This document shows positions 42,831 to 54,048 of a stretch of DNA of 64,000 nucleotides, piece by piece. The DNA is from an uncultured delta proteobacterium. Lineage in GTDB: Bacteria > Desulfobacterota > RBG-13-43-22. Positions within the stretch are counted from its first letter, which is position 1. Every line of letters starts with the position of its first letter. The stretch covers positions 1 through 64,000 of the forward strand of contig CAWDKY010000029.1 in the NCBI GenBank assembly GCA_963802945.1, in the 5' to 3' direction. The position numbers and the translations under genes were made by a program. The notes under the pieces were generated by a model. That model was not told the origin of the DNA. It worked only from the letters and a program-made list of their open reading frames with translations, and made no database searches.

Positions 42831-43691
42831 TTATAATCCTCTCGCGATGAATACGTCCCCCCATCCTTGTTGTTTCAGCCGGTGATAGGCCTCTTGGGCC
42901 CTTTTTCGGGTCTCCCAGATTCCAAAAACAGTAGAGCCGCTTCCGCTCATTAAGGCCTGAAGGCACCCTTGCTCCAATAAAATTTTTTTAATTTTCACCA
43001 GTTCCGGGAAGGAAGGCTGGACGAATGCTTCCAAATCGTTTATTAAAAGTTCTTTGCTCGGTAGCTCTTCTTTGGCCTTTAACCTTTTTATGTTAAATGT
43101 TTTTCCCTTTTTTGTCAATGGGAATTTAACCTGATGATAAGCCCAAGAAGTTGAAATGGGAAATCCTGGGTAAATCAAGACATACCACCAGGAAGGAAAT
43201 GCCGGCCAGGGTTCTATACGCTCTCCCCTGCCCAAAACCAGGGCCGTTTCTTTAGATAAAAAGAAGGGGACGTCAGATCCGATTCGAGAGGCTAAGACCC
43301 GCAGACGTTCCGGTAGAATAGGCCTCCCTAACCATTGGTTTATACCAAACAAAACAGCCGCAGCGTCGCTGCTTCCCCCTCCCAAACCGCCTCCGATGGG
43401 AATTTTTTTTATCAGGCGGATAGAAAAGGGTAAGGGAAGGTCCAGTTCTTTTTCCAGGAGATGGACAGCACGAAGGACCAGGTTGGATTCATTTTCCAAT
43501 TCCGGGTGGTTGGGGCAATGGATTTCCAAACCTTTGGACCCGGTCTTGATCCAGAGGGTGTCGAATAAACGGATGGGTTGCATCAGAGACCGGATTTCGT
43601 GATAACCGTCGGCCCTTTTCTTTAGGATTTCTAGGGAAAGATTGACTTTGGCCGGGGCCAGGATTTTGATTCTTTTGGAAAGGGGTTCCAT
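42831..43691 (-). CDS. ispE: 4-diphosphocytidyl-2-C-methyl-D-erythritol kinase
   Basis: APAKVNL, KKIPIGGGLGGGSSDAA, GSDVPFF and MSGSGS. Confidence 0.97.
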   Translation of the reverse strand: MEPLSKRIKILAPAKVNLSLEILKKRADGYHEIRSLMQPIRLFDTLWIKTGSKGLEIHCPNHPELENESNLVLRAVHLLEKELDLPLPFSIRLIKKIPIGGGLGGGSSDAAAVLFGINQWLGRPILPERLRVLASRIGSDVPFFLSKETALVLGRGERIEPWPAFPSWWYVLIYPGFPISTSWAYHQVKFPLTKKGKTFNIKRLKAKEELPSKELLINDLEAFVQPSFPELVKIKKILLEQGCLQALMSGSGSTVFGIWETRKRAQEAYHRLKQQGWGDVFIARGL

Positions 43692-43752
43692 AAAAACAGA
43701 CTATGAATATTTGAAAAATCTGTCCTTAAACCTAAGACAACAACACAAATAA

Positions 43753-43820
43753 GTTGGAGTAATGGAGTGTTGGAGTCATGATCTGATAGAATCAGTACTC
43801 CGTTACTCCATTACTCCAAT
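43753..43820. repeat. Inverted array of 8-mer repeats
   Basis: TGGAGTAA/TGGAGTGT x3 paired with TACTCCGT/TACTCCAT x3. Confidence 0.65.
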
Positions 43821-43866
43821 TGGGAAAGTTAGAAGAAAGGTTAAGAATTCCTGACCGAGGATCTAT

Positions 43867-45333
43867 TTATTCCCCCAGACGAAGGCTGACGAAGAGATTC
43901 ATCCCCCCCCGTTTGACCCGGAGAAGCACATTCCCTCCTTTTTTGATACTATTGATCAGATGTTGATAGGTTTTGAGGTCCTTAACCGGTTTTCGGTTTA
44001 CCTCTTTAATCAAATCCCCTTCTTGAATACCGGCTTCATCGGCCGGGCTTCCTTCTTGAACCTGGGTAACTAAAATTCCTGGTTCGTAATCCATCCTGTA
44101 ATGTCTGGCCAGTTCTGGGGTGAATTCCTGGACGGACAATCCTAAACTTTCTTTGCCCTGAGAAGGACCGGCAGCCATTTGTTTGTCGTCCAATTCCTGC
44201 ACCTGCACTTTGAAGGTTTGGATCTTGCCTTCCCTCAGCACTTTAACCTCGGCCATCTTACCCACCGGAACAGCCGCCACTAGACGTGGGAGTTCGTTCA
44301 TTTCTTTGATGGCCTTGCCGTCAAATTCAATGATGATGTCTCCCGGTTTGATGCCCGCCTTATCAGCCGGGCTTCCAGGGGTTACATCCCCGACCAAGGC
44401 GCCGGCTTCATCTTTGAGATTAAAGGATTTGGCCAGGTCCGGAGTCACTTTTTGTATCATGACACCCAGCCAGCCGCGGGTAACTTTGCCTTTATCCTTT
44501 AATTGGGATAGAAGATCCTTGGCCGTATTGATGGGAATGGCGAATCCTATACCCTGACCGCCGGCAAAGATGGCCGTATTGATACCGATCACTTCTCCTT
44601 TGAGATTGATCAAGGGACCTCCGCTGTTTCCGGGGTTGATGGAGGCATCGGTTTGAAGAAAATTATCATAAGGCCCGGCACCGATAACCCGTCCCTTGGC
44701 ACTGATGATACCGGCCGTAACCGTATGATCCAGGCCGAAGGGATTGCCGATGGCCACCACCCAATCACCGACCCGAATCTCATCGGAATCCCCAAGTTTA
44801 ATCAGTTGAAGCCCTTTCCAGGATTTGATCTTGATCAAGGCCAGGTCGGTTTTTGCATCCCGGCCGATTACCTTGGCATCAAACTCCTTGTGGTCTTTTA
44901 AGATGACCTTGATTTCATCGGCATCCTCGACGACATGGTAATTGGTCAGGATATGCCCGTCTTCATCAATGATGAACCCTGACCCCAGACTTTTTTGTTT
45001 GTATTCTCTTTGTTGGGGGATATCTCCTCCGAAAAATCTTTCAAAAAAATCGTCCATTGGATTTCTTCGATCTCTCGGCCCTCTAAAGAAGTCAAAGACC
45101 TGGCCTCCCCCTCTAACCCTTTTGGTGGTACTAATATTGACCACGGCCGGGGAGACTACCTGGGCCAAATCAGCAAAGGAAGGGACTCCGCTCATAGTTG
45201 GTATTTCGGTTTTGGCTGATAGGGGATGGGTCCAATTCAGATTGGCGGCAATAATCAACCCGGCAATCAGCGATAACAGAGAAACCCCGATCAGTGTCCA
45301 TAGATAACGGTGTTTTTTAATTGTTTCCGGCAT
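43867..45333 (-). CDS. degP: DegP/DegQ (HtrA) serine protease
   Basis: TNYHV, DLAL and GNSGGPL triad motifs; two PDZ domains. Confidence 0.93.
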   Translation of the reverse strand: MPETIKKHRYLWTLIGVSLLSLIAGLIIAANLNWTHPLSAKTEIPTMSGVPSFADLAQVVSPAVVNISTTKRVRGGGQVFDFFRGPRDRRNPMDDFFERFFGGDIPQQREYKQKSLGSGFIIDEDGHILTNYHVVEDADEIKVILKDHKEFDAKVIGRDAKTDLALIKIKSWKGLQLIKLGDSDEIRVGDWVVAIGNPFGLDHTVTAGIISAKGRVIGAGPYDNFLQTDASINPGNSGGPLINLKGEVIGINTAIFAGGQGIGFAIPINTAKDLLSQLKDKGKVTRGWLGVMIQKVTPDLAKSFNLKDEAGALVGDVTPGSPADKAGIKPGDIIIEFDGKAIKEMNELPRLVAAVPVGKMAEVKVLREGKIQTFKVQVQELDDKQMAAGPSQGKESLGLSVQEFTPELARHYRMDYEPGILVTQVQEGSPADEAGIQEGDLIKEVNRKPVKDLKTYQHLINSIKKGGNVLLRVKRGGMNLFVSLRLGE

Positions 45334-45464
45334 AAAAACCTCCTCTTGATTTAGCCGCCCTTTGGATAAGTGGGGGCGGCTGGCAAACCTATCTATAACT
45401 AAATGGTTGACGATTTATAGTACCTTGAACCTTAGACCTCAAACCTTTGACCTTGTCCCTTGAT

Positions 45465-45860
45465 TTAGGATGCCCGTATAAAGGCCATCCGTAAATCGTA
45501 TAACATACCTTCCAAGAGTTTTAACTCTTCTTCAGATAAATTTCCCTGGGTCTTTTCTTTCAGCATGGCCAGGGTATTGATGGCATGCTTGGCCATTGGT
45601 AGATCTTTTTGCTTTTCCCCTGAAACCGGATGGGGGAATTCTCCTAAATGAAATAAGACCTCGGTGCTCAAGGAGACGATAAAAGTGGAGAAATTGACCT
45701 CGGGCAAGGGAGGATGAGGAGGAGATTCTTTCTGTTCGGTTTTTTCCTGAACTGGTTCCTCTTTGGGTTGGGTTTTCCCCGGCTCAGGTTCTTGATCTGA
45801 TTCCGAAAAGATTTTCCTGCGGTCTTTAAATACAAAGCCTTTTTCCTCGTTTTCGGCCAT
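45465..45860 (-). CDS. DUF1844 domain protein
   Basis: MAENEEKGFVFKDRR...LPEVNFSTF...KTQGNL; RBS GGAGG before ATG at 45860. Confidence 0.82.
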   Translation of the reverse strand: MAENEEKGFVFKDRRKIFSESDQEPEPGKTQPKEEPVQEKTEQKESPPHPPLPEVNFSTFIVSLSTEVLFHLGEFPHPVSGEKQKDLPMAKHAINTLAMLKEKTQGNLSEEELKLLEGMLYDLRMAFIRAS

Positions 45861-46253
45861 GGTCCAATTCCCTCCTTGCTTATCCTTTTTTTCTTCCTTT
45901 TTCAGAGGTTGTAATATTCTATTATAAATACAAATTATAAAAAAATCAATACCTCTTTCCCCTGTAAAAAGAGAAAATCCCAGGAAACCTAAGTTTTTTC
46001 CAGGCCAATTTTCTTCTTTGGGGTAGGCCTGCTCCGGAAACATCATTCAAGTTTTGGCCCGGCAAAGAAGCTCACGGCCTTTTAATGGGCAACCCAGAAA
46101 AAAGACTACTTAACCTCATTTTTATTAAAGATGAACCTATCCAATGGTTTTAAAAAAATGAAGAGGGAAAAGTTTTACTATTATTGACACTTGGTAGGGG
46201 AAGAAGTTAAAATGAGGCGTCTTAAAAACACCGTTAACGATAATGGGAAACCC

Positions 46254-46475
46254 GTGAATTATTTTGCAGGAATAGGCAAGGCGCTCCTTATTTTGGGACT
46301 GGTTTTAGTTCTTTTAGGGGGTGTCCTCATGCTTTTGCCCAAGATTCCTTGGATCGGGAAATTGCCCGGAGATATCTTTTTTAAGGGAGAGAAGGTTTCT
46401 ATTTATTTTCCGATCACCACCTGCCTCATTATCAGTATTCTCTTGACCATCCTATTCAGATTATTCCGAAGGTAG
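46254..46475 (+). CDS. DUF2905 small membrane protein
   Basis: GKLPGDI...YFPITTCLIIS; start codon uncertain. Confidence 0.8.
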   Translation: MNYFAGIGKALLILGLVLVLLGGVLMLLPKIPWIGKLPGDIFFKGEKVSIYFPITTCLIISILLTILFRLFRR

Positions 46476-46955
46476 TTTCTTATAGCGGGAAATAATTCTA
46501 TGGATGATTTCTGAGGTGGAAATCAAAGGGACCAGATCGACTCTATGCACTTTTCCACCGTAAGATTGAACCAGATCGGCTCCGATAATTTTGTCCCTAG
46601 ACCAGTCAGCCCCTTTAACCAGGACATTGGGCCTGATTTCTTCGATCAACTTGAAGGGATCGGCCTCATCAAACAGGACTATATAATCAACACATTCCAA
46701 AGCTGCCAACACCTCGGCCCGCTGATCTTCAGAAATTAAAGGACGAGCCGGGTCTTTGATCTGCCGCATTGATTGATCGCTGTTCAAACCGATGATCAGA
46801 CAGTCTCCCAGTCCCTTGGCTTCCTTAAGATAGCGGACATGGCCGACATGCAGGAGATCAAAGCATCCGTTGGTAAAAACGATTTTTCGCCTCTTCTTTT
46901 TCAGATCTTTCATCAAAAGGGTAAGCTGAGGGCGAGGGATAATTTTATTTTTCAT
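46461..46955 (-). CDS. rfaE2: D-glycero-beta-D-manno-heptose 1-phosphate adenylyltransferase
   Basis: FTNGCFDLLHVGH, GLNSD and LVKGADW. Confidence 0.93.
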   Translation of the reverse strand: MKNKIIPRPQLTLLMKDLKKKRRKIVFTNGCFDLLHVGHVRYLKEAKGLGDCLIIGLNSDQSMRQIKDPARPLISEDQRAEVLAALECVDYIVLFDEADPFKLIEEIRPNVLVKGADWSRDKIIGADLVQSYGGKVHRVDLVPLISTSEIIHRIISRYKKLPSE

Positions 46956-47716
46956 TCAGCTCCTACCCGGGCCAGGGTCAAGACAAGGACTTCCTTGGCC
47001 CCGGATTTTTTTAAAATCCTGGCACATTCGTTCACTGTTGCTCCGGTGGTAAAGACATCATCGACTAAAAGAACACTTTTGTCCATTATTTCCTGTTGGT
47101 CCTTAACGGCAAAGGCCCCGCGGACATTCTTGGCCCGTTCCGAATGATCCAGTTGAACCTGAGGAACGGTATTCTTAATTCGTCGGAGTCCCTTGGCCAA
47201 GACTCTTTTGTTGTGAATCTTTCCTAGGATTTTTCCTAATAAAAGGGCTTGATTAAAACCCCTTTCCCGCAGCCGAGCCGGATGAAGCGGGACTGGGATG
47301 ATGGCCTCAAAGGAAAGGGTTTCCAAATTTATTTTATTCCAGAACCAACCCAACGGGTGGGCCAGATGGATATCCCCTTGATACTTAAACCGCTGGATGG
47401 CCTCGGCAAAAATCCCTTCATACAAAACCGCAGCCCGGCCCCAATCAAAAAAAAGTTTCTGTTGGAGACAGTCGGAACATAGGTGTGCAGTCGACCCTTT
47501 GGGGAAAGGCCGGCCGCAGCGTTGACAGTATGGAGGAAGCATCCATTGAATGTCTTTTTCGCATGCCGGACACAGACCGGGAATTTCTTCTCCTTGGATC
47601 TTTAACAATGTCCGGCAAAAAGGACATTTCTCTGGGAAGAAGAGGGAGAAAAATCCGGCTGGCCAAGAAGCCTTTATCCCATGTGTTCGATGAGGGATCG
47701 ACCAAATTGGGAACAT
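46952..47716 (-). CDS. ComF family protein (zinc ribbon + phosphoribosyltransferase)
   Basis: CxxC pairs, IPVPLH..RL.ERGFNQ and [11 protein letters not shown]. Confidence 0.9.
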   Translation of the reverse strand: MFPIWSIPHRTHGIKASWPAGFFSLFFPEKCPFCRTLLKIQGEEIPGLCPACEKDIQWMLPPYCQRCGRPFPKGSTAHLCSDCLQQKLFFDWGRAAVLYEGIFAEAIQRFKYQGDIHLAHPLGWFWNKINLETLSFEAIIPVPLHPARLRERGFNQALLLGKILGKIHNKRVLAKGLRRIKNTVPQVQLDHSERAKNVRGAFAVKDQQEIMDKSVLLVDDVFTTGATVNECARILKKSGAKEVLVLTLARVGAE

Positions 47717-48870
47717 GAGACCTCATGAGCATTGGCCATTTGGCGGGCCAGATCATAGGTGACCTCGCCTTTCGAGATGGTCCTTGACAGACCCTTATAA
47801 ATTAAGTCCGCGGCTTGCTGCCAGCCAAGATGCTCCAATAACAGGGCACCGGAAAGGATCAAAGAACCTGGGTTAACTTTATCCAGGCCGGCATATTGCG
47901 GGGCTGAGCCATGGGTGGCTTCAAAGACGGCGCAATCGTCACCCAGGTTGGCCCCAGGGGCCATGCCCAAGCCTCCAACCTGCGCAGCCAGGGCATCGGA
48001 AAGATAATCCCCGTTAAGATTACTGGTGGCAATGACCGAGTATTCGGTCGGACGTAAAAGGACTTGCTGAAACATCATATCGGCAATCCGGTCTTTGATG
48101 ATGACTTTTTTATGAGATTTGTCTCCCTTCCGTTGTTTTTGAAGTTTCGCTTCGGTTATGGTTTCCTTGGGGAATTCTTGCTTTGCCAGTTCATAGCCCC
48201 AATCCCGGAAGGCCCCTTCGGTGAATTTCATGATATTGCCTTTATGGACTAAGGTGACACTCGGTTTGTTCCGGCGTAGGGCGTATTCGACGGCCCGGCG
48301 AACCAGGCGCCTGGTTCCCGAACGACTGATAGGTTTTATTCCCAGGCCTGAATCAATGTTTAGTTTTTTACCGGTCTTTTTTTGGATCCATTCGATGAGC
48401 TCACGGACTTCTTCACTTTCTGCCGGCCATTCAATTCCGGAATAGACGTCCTCGGTATTTTCTCTGAAGATGACCATGTCTACTAATTCGGGATGGCGCA
48501 CAGGGCTGGGCACCCCGGCAAAAAAACGGATGGGTCGAAGACAGACATAGAGGTCTAATTGCTGCCTCAGCTGGACATTAAGGCTTCGGATTCCTTTTCC
48601 TATTGGTGTGGTTAAGGGGCCTTTTAGGGCCAATCCGTTTTGACGAATCGTAGCCAGGGTTTTTTCCGGCAGCCATTCTCCTGTTTGGGCCTGGGCCTTT
48701 TCACCGGCCAGGACTTCCAGCCATTCAATTTTTCGTTGTCCTGAATAGGCTTTTTGGACAGCAGCTTCCAAAACCGGCCGGGTGGCCCGCCAGATATCCG
48801 GACCGGTTCCATCCCCTTCGATAAAAGGGACCGAAATAGAATCGGGAATATCAGCTCTCCAAAAAGGCAT
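47674..48870 (-). CDS. icd: NADP-dependent isocitrate dehydrogenase
   Basis: [33 protein letters not shown] and EATHG. Confidence 0.96.
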   Translation of the reverse strand: MPFWRADIPDSISVPFIEGDGTGPDIWRATRPVLEAAVQKAYSGQRKIEWLEVLAGEKAQAQTGEWLPEKTLATIRQNGLALKGPLTTPIGKGIRSLNVQLRQQLDLYVCLRPIRFFAGVPSPVRHPELVDMVIFRENTEDVYSGIEWPAESEEVRELIEWIQKKTGKKLNIDSGLGIKPISRSGTRRLVRRAVEYALRRNKPSVTLVHKGNIMKFTEGAFRDWGYELAKQEFPKETITEAKLQKQRKGDKSHKKVIIKDRIADMMFQQVLLRPTEYSVIATSNLNGDYLSDALAAQVGGLGMAPGANLGDDCAVFEATHGSAPQYAGLDKVNPGSLILSGALLLEHLGWQQAADLIYKGLSRTISKGEVTYDLARQMANAHEVSCSQFGRSLIEHMG

Positions 48871-48962
48871 TGAAAAACCTGTTACAAAATTGAGACGGTT
48901 ATGGAAAATTCGGGAAATTGATGGCCCGAACCTTTTAAAACAGTCATCAGGAAAAGTTAGGT

Positions 48963-49220
48963 TTAGGGTGTGATTTTAGTTATCGTATCATGTTCACGGA
49001 CTTTTTCCGGAACTTTGATGCCGATCAAATCCCCGGCAACGGCCTCGTTAATAGGCTTGTTGTCTTTTTGCATGCTGTCCAAGGTCATTTCAAAATCCGT
49101 AGTGTGCCCTTTGAATTTCAAGGTATCTCCAAGGGAAATCTTGCCTTGAGTTACCTCAATTGCGGCTACCCCGATCTTGGAAAAATAGGTTCGAACAACT
49201 CCAATGATTTCTTCACTCAT
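48963..49220 (-). CDS. Small EF-Tu domain 2-like protein
   Basis: [16 protein letters not shown] and GIKV..KVRE.D. Confidence 0.75.
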   Translation of the reverse strand: MSEEIIGVVRTYFSKIGVAAIEVTQGKISLGDTLKFKGHTTDFEMTLDSMQKDNKPINEAVAGDLIGIKVPEKVREHDTITKITP

Positions 49221-49425
49221 TCGATTACCCTCCTTTTTAAGGTCTGTCCCGATAAATTATCTTAAATAAATACCGAACTCTTCCCATTAAGGTGGACGTT
49301 ATAAAGATTTTATTTAGTATCTTTAACAGGTTAAGGATGAAATGTCAAGAGAAACTATGAAGGGTGAATAATGTCTTGTTTTCTCTTAAGCTCTTCGTTT
49401 GGAGTAGTGCAGAAAGGCCAGGGGG

Positions 49426-50034
49426 TTAAGTAAAAAACGGATTGTATTTTCTTTCGTAACCGATGGTGGTGTCTGGGCCGTGTCCGGGATAGACCTTGAC
49501 ATCATCGCCCAAGACAAAAAGGCGTTTTCTGACGCAGGAGATCAGCAGGTCGTAATCTCCGCCTGGAAAGTCGGTTCTGCCGATGGAACCGGCAAATAAG
49601 GTATCTCCCACAAAAACGCATTTGGGCGTGTACAGGGATATGCCGCCAAGGGAATGTCCCGGGGTGTGAATCACTTCCAGGGTGATTTGTCCGAAAGCAA
49701 TCCGGTCTCCATCTTTTATGAATTGGTCGGCCTTGGATGTTTGAGAGCCCAGGCCCCACATGCCTCCACCGTGCGCAAGCATCGGGGCATCCTCTCGATG
49801 AATCAAAATAGGTGCCCCGGTCAGGTCTTTTAAGGCTTTGTTGGCCCCCACGTGGTCAAAATGCCCGTGGGTGTTGATGATATATTTTATTTTAAGGCCG
49901 TGTTTTTGCAGACCGGCCAGGATGCGTTTGGCTTCAGCTCCGGGATCAATGACCACGGCCTCCTTGGTTTGTTCACAACCTAAAATATAGCAATTGGCCT
50001 GGATCATGCCCACGGCTAACGATAGAATAATCAC
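49426..50034 (-). CDS. MBL-fold metallo-hydrolase (glyoxalase II-like)
   Basis: THGHFDH, HTPGHS, GDTLF and PGHG. Confidence 0.93.
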   Translation of the reverse strand: MIILSLAVGMIQANCYILGCEQTKEAVVIDPGAEAKRILAGLQKHGLKIKYIINTHGHFDHVGANKALKDLTGAPILIHREDAPMLAHGGGMWGLGSQTSKADQFIKDGDRIAFGQITLEVIHTPGHSLGGISLYTPKCVFVGDTLFAGSIGRTDFPGGDYDLLISCVRKRLFVLGDDVKVYPGHGPDTTIGYERKYNPFFT

Positions 50035-50269
50035 ATTTTCCTCCTAAATAGAACTTACCTTTAGCTCAAAGCTCAAGGCTCAAAGCTAAAAGGAAAAGCA
50101 TTTTTTTGTTATGAGTTTGCTGTTTTTTTATCTAAATAGGTATTCTTTCCCCCATTGCAGGGCATTGATAAAATTTTGCAAGAAGAGATGGGCAAAGACA
50201 ATTTATTGGATTGGAATTATTGAGTCAAGGAAAAAGCAGGGTTGATAACTGTCGGACCTCTGGCCTGTC

Positions 50270-51211
50270 CTATCCTGATGGACTTCCTTGTTTAGCGACC
50301 AGGATTCCAAACAAGACCATTATCCCTCCAAAGGCCTGCCAGCTTCCAAGGGCTTCTTGAAGCAGGACCCAGGCCAGCAAGGCCGCCGCAACCGGCTGAA
50401 CCAGTAAGACCACCGAGGAAAAAGAGGCCGGGAGATGGGCCAGGGCGAAGGCAATGAGACTCTGACCGGCCACTTGGGAGATCAGGGCCAGACCGATTAA
50501 CACCATCCATCCTTGAAGGCTTGAAATAGATAAGCTTTCCCCGGATAACAAGGTAATCGGCAACAGGGCCAGGGCGGTTACCAGGCTACTCCAAGCCATA
50601 ATGGTAGCAGTGGGAAATCGTTCACGAAGAGATTTAACTGATAGGAGGTATCCGGCATAAAAAAGGGCTGCCGTAAAACTCAAGGCATCTCCCCAAAAAT
50701 GCTGAAGACTGATCTGGAAGCTATTGCCGGCGATCATGGCCATGCCCGATAAGGCCAGAACCATACCGAGGAGAAAAATCATTCGCACGCCCTGGTGAAA
50801 AATCAACCAGCTACCTAAGGTGACAAAAACCGGTGCAAAGTTGACCAGGAGAGTGGCATTGGCAACGGAAGTCAGTTTGATGGACCAATGCCAGATGGCC
50901 AGATCTCCGGCAAAAAACAAGCCGGCCAGACTTAAGTAAAAATAGTCGGAAAAAGAAGAAGGAGACTGGGTTGCACTTATCCCATCCTTTTTGAAGTTCA
51001 TCCAGAACCAGAGGGGCGGCAGGGCCAGAACAATCCGCCAAAAGGCCGTGGCGCTCGGTCCCACCGGACTGAGCCGGACAAAAATCGGGGCAAAGGCGAT
51101 GGCCAGAGCACCGGCTACTAAAGCCGTCAGAGGCAGACGGCTTCCCGGTCTTTTATCAGGGAAGGATGGATGACTCGTTTCAGCTTCTGATTGACTAACC
51201 CTGAAACTCAT
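50270..51211 (-). CDS. EamA/DMT family transporter
   Basis: About 10 TM helices in two EamA repeats. Confidence 0.88.
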   Translation of the reverse strand: MSFRVSQSEAETSHPSFPDKRPGSRLPLTALVAGALAIAFAPIFVRLSPVGPSATAFWRIVLALPPLWFWMNFKKDGISATQSPSSFSDYFYLSLAGLFFAGDLAIWHWSIKLTSVANATLLVNFAPVFVTLGSWLIFHQGVRMIFLLGMVLALSGMAMIAGNSFQISLQHFWGDALSFTAALFYAGYLLSVKSLRERFPTATIMAWSSLVTALALLPITLLSGESLSISSLQGWMVLIGLALISQVAGQSLIAFALAHLPASFSSVVLLVQPVAAALLAWVLLQEALGSWQAFGGIMVLFGILVAKQGSPSG

Positions 51212-52494
51212 CCCGTTTTTTCATCCCCCATGAGGTGATTTTCTGATATCGCTGTTAAGGATTTGATCCTCTCCAACAGCGGGGGATGGGAATAATGGAA
51301 TCGGACATAGAGGGGATGGGGAAAAAGATTGCTCAAATTGTCGGAGGCCAGGCGCTTTAATCCGGTGATCATGGCCTGGGAAGAGTTAAGCATCCTGACG
51401 GCAAAACCGTCGGCCTGGCGCTCAAACCGCCTGGACAAGGCCATGGACAAGGGCATCAGAAAAAAACCGGCCTTCTGCCAAAAGATCCCGATCAGCAAAA
51501 GACCCGCATAGGCCCTGGGATTATTAAACCCGAAGGTTTGATACAGGAATGGCCAGTCGATCAGAAGATAGGTCAGATAGAAAAAAACCAACATGGCTGA
51601 TTCAATCAAAAGGAATTGCTTCAAGATATGTTTCTTTTTAAAATGTCCGGCCTCATGGGCCAGAACGGCCAGGACCTCTTCCTGAGGATGGTTCTTGATC
51701 AAGGTATCATAAAGGACGATCCTTTTGGTTTTTCCCAACCCGGTAAAATAGGCATTGGTGTGCCGGCTGCGCTTCCCGGCATCCATCTGAAATATCCCTT
51801 TGATTCGAATACCGGCCTTTTCCATTAATTCACGAATCTTCCCCGCCAGTTCCTGATTCTCGATGGGAATAAATTTATTGAATAGAGGGGCGATCAGGAT
51901 GGGGTACAGGATCGTCAGGAGCAGTTGAACGATGGAAAGGGCCAGGAATCCCCAAAGCCACCATCGATGAGGAGAAAGTTGGATCATCCAGAGAATCAAG
52001 GAAAGGATCAAAGCCAAGAGGATTAGAGACAAAGCCCCGGCCTTGATCTGATCCATGATCCAGATTCTTTTCGTGGATTGATTAAAGCCGTACTTTTCTT
52101 CAATGACAAAGGTGTCATAATAGTCAAAGGGAAGATCCAAAAAATATGAAATGACGCCGGGAACCAGAAAGAAAAACAGGCCGGCCCAGAGATAAGGAAG
52201 TTGCCAGCCGGAAGTCAGGTGATCCAGAAAGGGGAAAAATCCTGACAGGAGAAAGGTCAGAAGAATGATCTCGTTAAAAAGGCCTTGCCGGATCGAGAAG
52301 CGGCTGTTTTCCAGGGTGTAGGCCATGACTTGGGTCAATTTCTGTTGATCGATAAAACCTTCAAAGAGGGGAGGGACCTTTTGCCCATTTTCTTCAAGAT
52401 ATTTCCGATTCAGGTGCTCCAACCAAAGTGAAAAACCCGTCTGCAGAAGATAGATGGCCAGATACCCGAACAGAAGAACATTAAGCCGAATCAT
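51208..52494 (-). CDS. M48 family (Ste24-like) metallopeptidase
   Basis: NAYFTG, HEAGH, ERQAD and YSHPPL. Confidence 0.93.
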   Translation of the reverse strand: MIRLNVLLFGYLAIYLLQTGFSLWLEHLNRKYLEENGQKVPPLFEGFIDQQKLTQVMAYTLENSRFSIRQGLFNEIILLTFLLSGFFPFLDHLTSGWQLPYLWAGLFFFLVPGVISYFLDLPFDYYDTFVIEEKYGFNQSTKRIWIMDQIKAGALSLILLALILSLILWMIQLSPHRWWLWGFLALSIVQLLLTILYPILIAPLFNKFIPIENQELAGKIRELMEKAGIRIKGIFQMDAGKRSRHTNAYFTGLGKTKRIVLYDTLIKNHPQEEVLAVLAHEAGHFKKKHILKQFLLIESAMLVFFYLTYLLIDWPFLYQTFGFNNPRAYAGLLLIGIFWQKAGFFLMPLSMALSRRFERQADGFAVRMLNSSQAMITGLKRLASDNLSNLFPHPLYVRFHYSHPPLLERIKSLTAISENHLMGDEKTG

Positions 52495-52646
52495 CTTTAA
52501 CGAATCCTCATGGTTTTGTTTCTGTCTGCATTGGGCGTTTTAAGAAAAAAATTTGTTGATAATCCACATAAAGTTCGGTTGAAAATCTGAATAGCCCAAG
52601 AGATTAAATGTAGGGAGGAGGATGAATTGATGACTCTTTGGTATTT

Positions 52647-52997
52647 TGGTGGAGGCGGCGGGAGTTGAACCCGCGTCCGAAAATACATCACTTAGGCCTC
52701 TACATACTTATCCTGGCTATTTAAGATTCGCTTTCCAGGGATCCACCAGGCGGGAGACCTGAAAAGCTAGCCCGTATAAAGTTTCACCCTTCCGCCTACA
52801 GGCCATTCGGTCAGGCTATCCTGCTAATCGTCACCCTTATCTTCCCCGCAGGAAAGAAAGACAGAGTGTCGGCCGACTAAGCGGCCAAGGCGTAATCGTA
52901 GTTGTCTGCGATTATTGTTTCCTATCTGTTTTACGAGCCGATAGGACCTCGGTATGCCACCTAAGCTAAATATCCCCGTCGAAGCCGTTTCGCCCCC
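52647..52997 (-). ncRNA. ssrA: tmRNA
   Basis: 5' GGGGGCG; 3' GGTTCAACTCCCGCCGCCTCCACCA; tag reading frame ADNYDYALAA*. Confidence 0.97.
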
Positions 52998-53115
52998 CTT
53001 TCAAAATTGGTATTAACCAACCTATTTTTATTAAATATAAGAAATTTCAGGCCGAAAGTCAAGCTGCTTATTTTTTCTCTACGAATTGTGGCCCGATCCC
53101 TTAAAAACCAAACTA

Positions 53116-53940
53116 TTACCGCCAGGTGATATTAGGTTTATTTCGAAGAGGCATTCGCTGATATTTGTATTTCGGGTATCCGATCATCATGGCCCCATAA
53201 GGGAGGTGATCCTGGGGTAAAGCCAGGGCTTTAAACAGCGGTGGATAAAAGTTGGCTGCGTTATTGAAATATCCTGCCCAGCAGGTGCCCAGTCCAAAGG
53301 AGGTGGCAGCCAACTCCAAATAGGCCAGGGCGATGGTACAAGAAGATTGGCTTGCGGGCAAGGTTGATAATCCATGAGCCACGATCAGATGGGGTGCATT
53401 GCGGCAGATTCGATTAATGCCTTTGTCCCAGGCTTCCACGATTCGGTCCATACGCATCGTTAGGGCATGATCGGGCGTTTCCTTAAGCAGGGAACGCAGC
53501 CAGTCTATGACCATCCCGGCCAGACGTCTTATTTCTTGGGTATCTTCGATAACCAGCCAATCCACCGGTTGAGTGTTGCCGCCCGTTGGGGCATAGCGGG
53601 CGATTTCAATGACCCTGGTCAGAAGATCACGAGGGACCTGTTTTTCTTTATAACTACGTATCGATCTCCGGGAATGCAAAAAATGTTCACAATGCTCCGG
53701 GCTGAGGTCCAGTTCTTTGCGCACAGGAAGACAATCTTTCGGGGTCATGGTTTTTAAAGATAAGGCCCCATGGGGACAGACGGATACACAATGGCCGCAG
53801 TTGATACAGAAGGCTTCGGCCTCGGCAATAGGTTGGGGAAAGCCTTCTTTCCCGATGATTTCGATCAGCAAGCCCGGACATTCGGCCACGCAAAGCCCAT
53901 CCCGCTTGCATTTTTTAGGATCGACCTGAAAAAGAGCCAT
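53116..53940 (-). CDS. Nitroreductase family protein with N-terminal 2x[4Fe-4S] domain
   Basis: CKRDGLCVAECP, CINCGHCVSVCP, RRSIR and APTGGNTQ. Confidence 0.92.
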   Translation of the reverse strand: MALFQVDPKKCKRDGLCVAECPGLLIEIIGKEGFPQPIAEAEAFCINCGHCVSVCPHGALSLKTMTPKDCLPVRKELDLSPEHCEHFLHSRRSIRSYKEKQVPRDLLTRVIEIARYAPTGGNTQPVDWLVIEDTQEIRRLAGMVIDWLRSLLKETPDHALTMRMDRIVEAWDKGINRICRNAPHLIVAHGLSTLPASQSSCTIALAYLELAATSFGLGTCWAGYFNNAANFYPPLFKALALPQDHLPYGAMMIGYPKYKYQRMPLRNKPNITWR

Positions 53941-54048
53941 GGTTCATCCTTTCATCTTATTGTGATTTTTTTGCTTTGTATCCATTATTATCTCATGGCC
54001 TTCCAAAGTCAATGGTCACAGTCCTCATGTTTTCCAAGGTTCTGTCTC

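Noticed and set aside
52500-52660. Island integrated at the tmRNA 3' end (also checked at tRNA-Gln)
   Set aside because: No adjacent integrase and no duplicated 3' end seen in the window.
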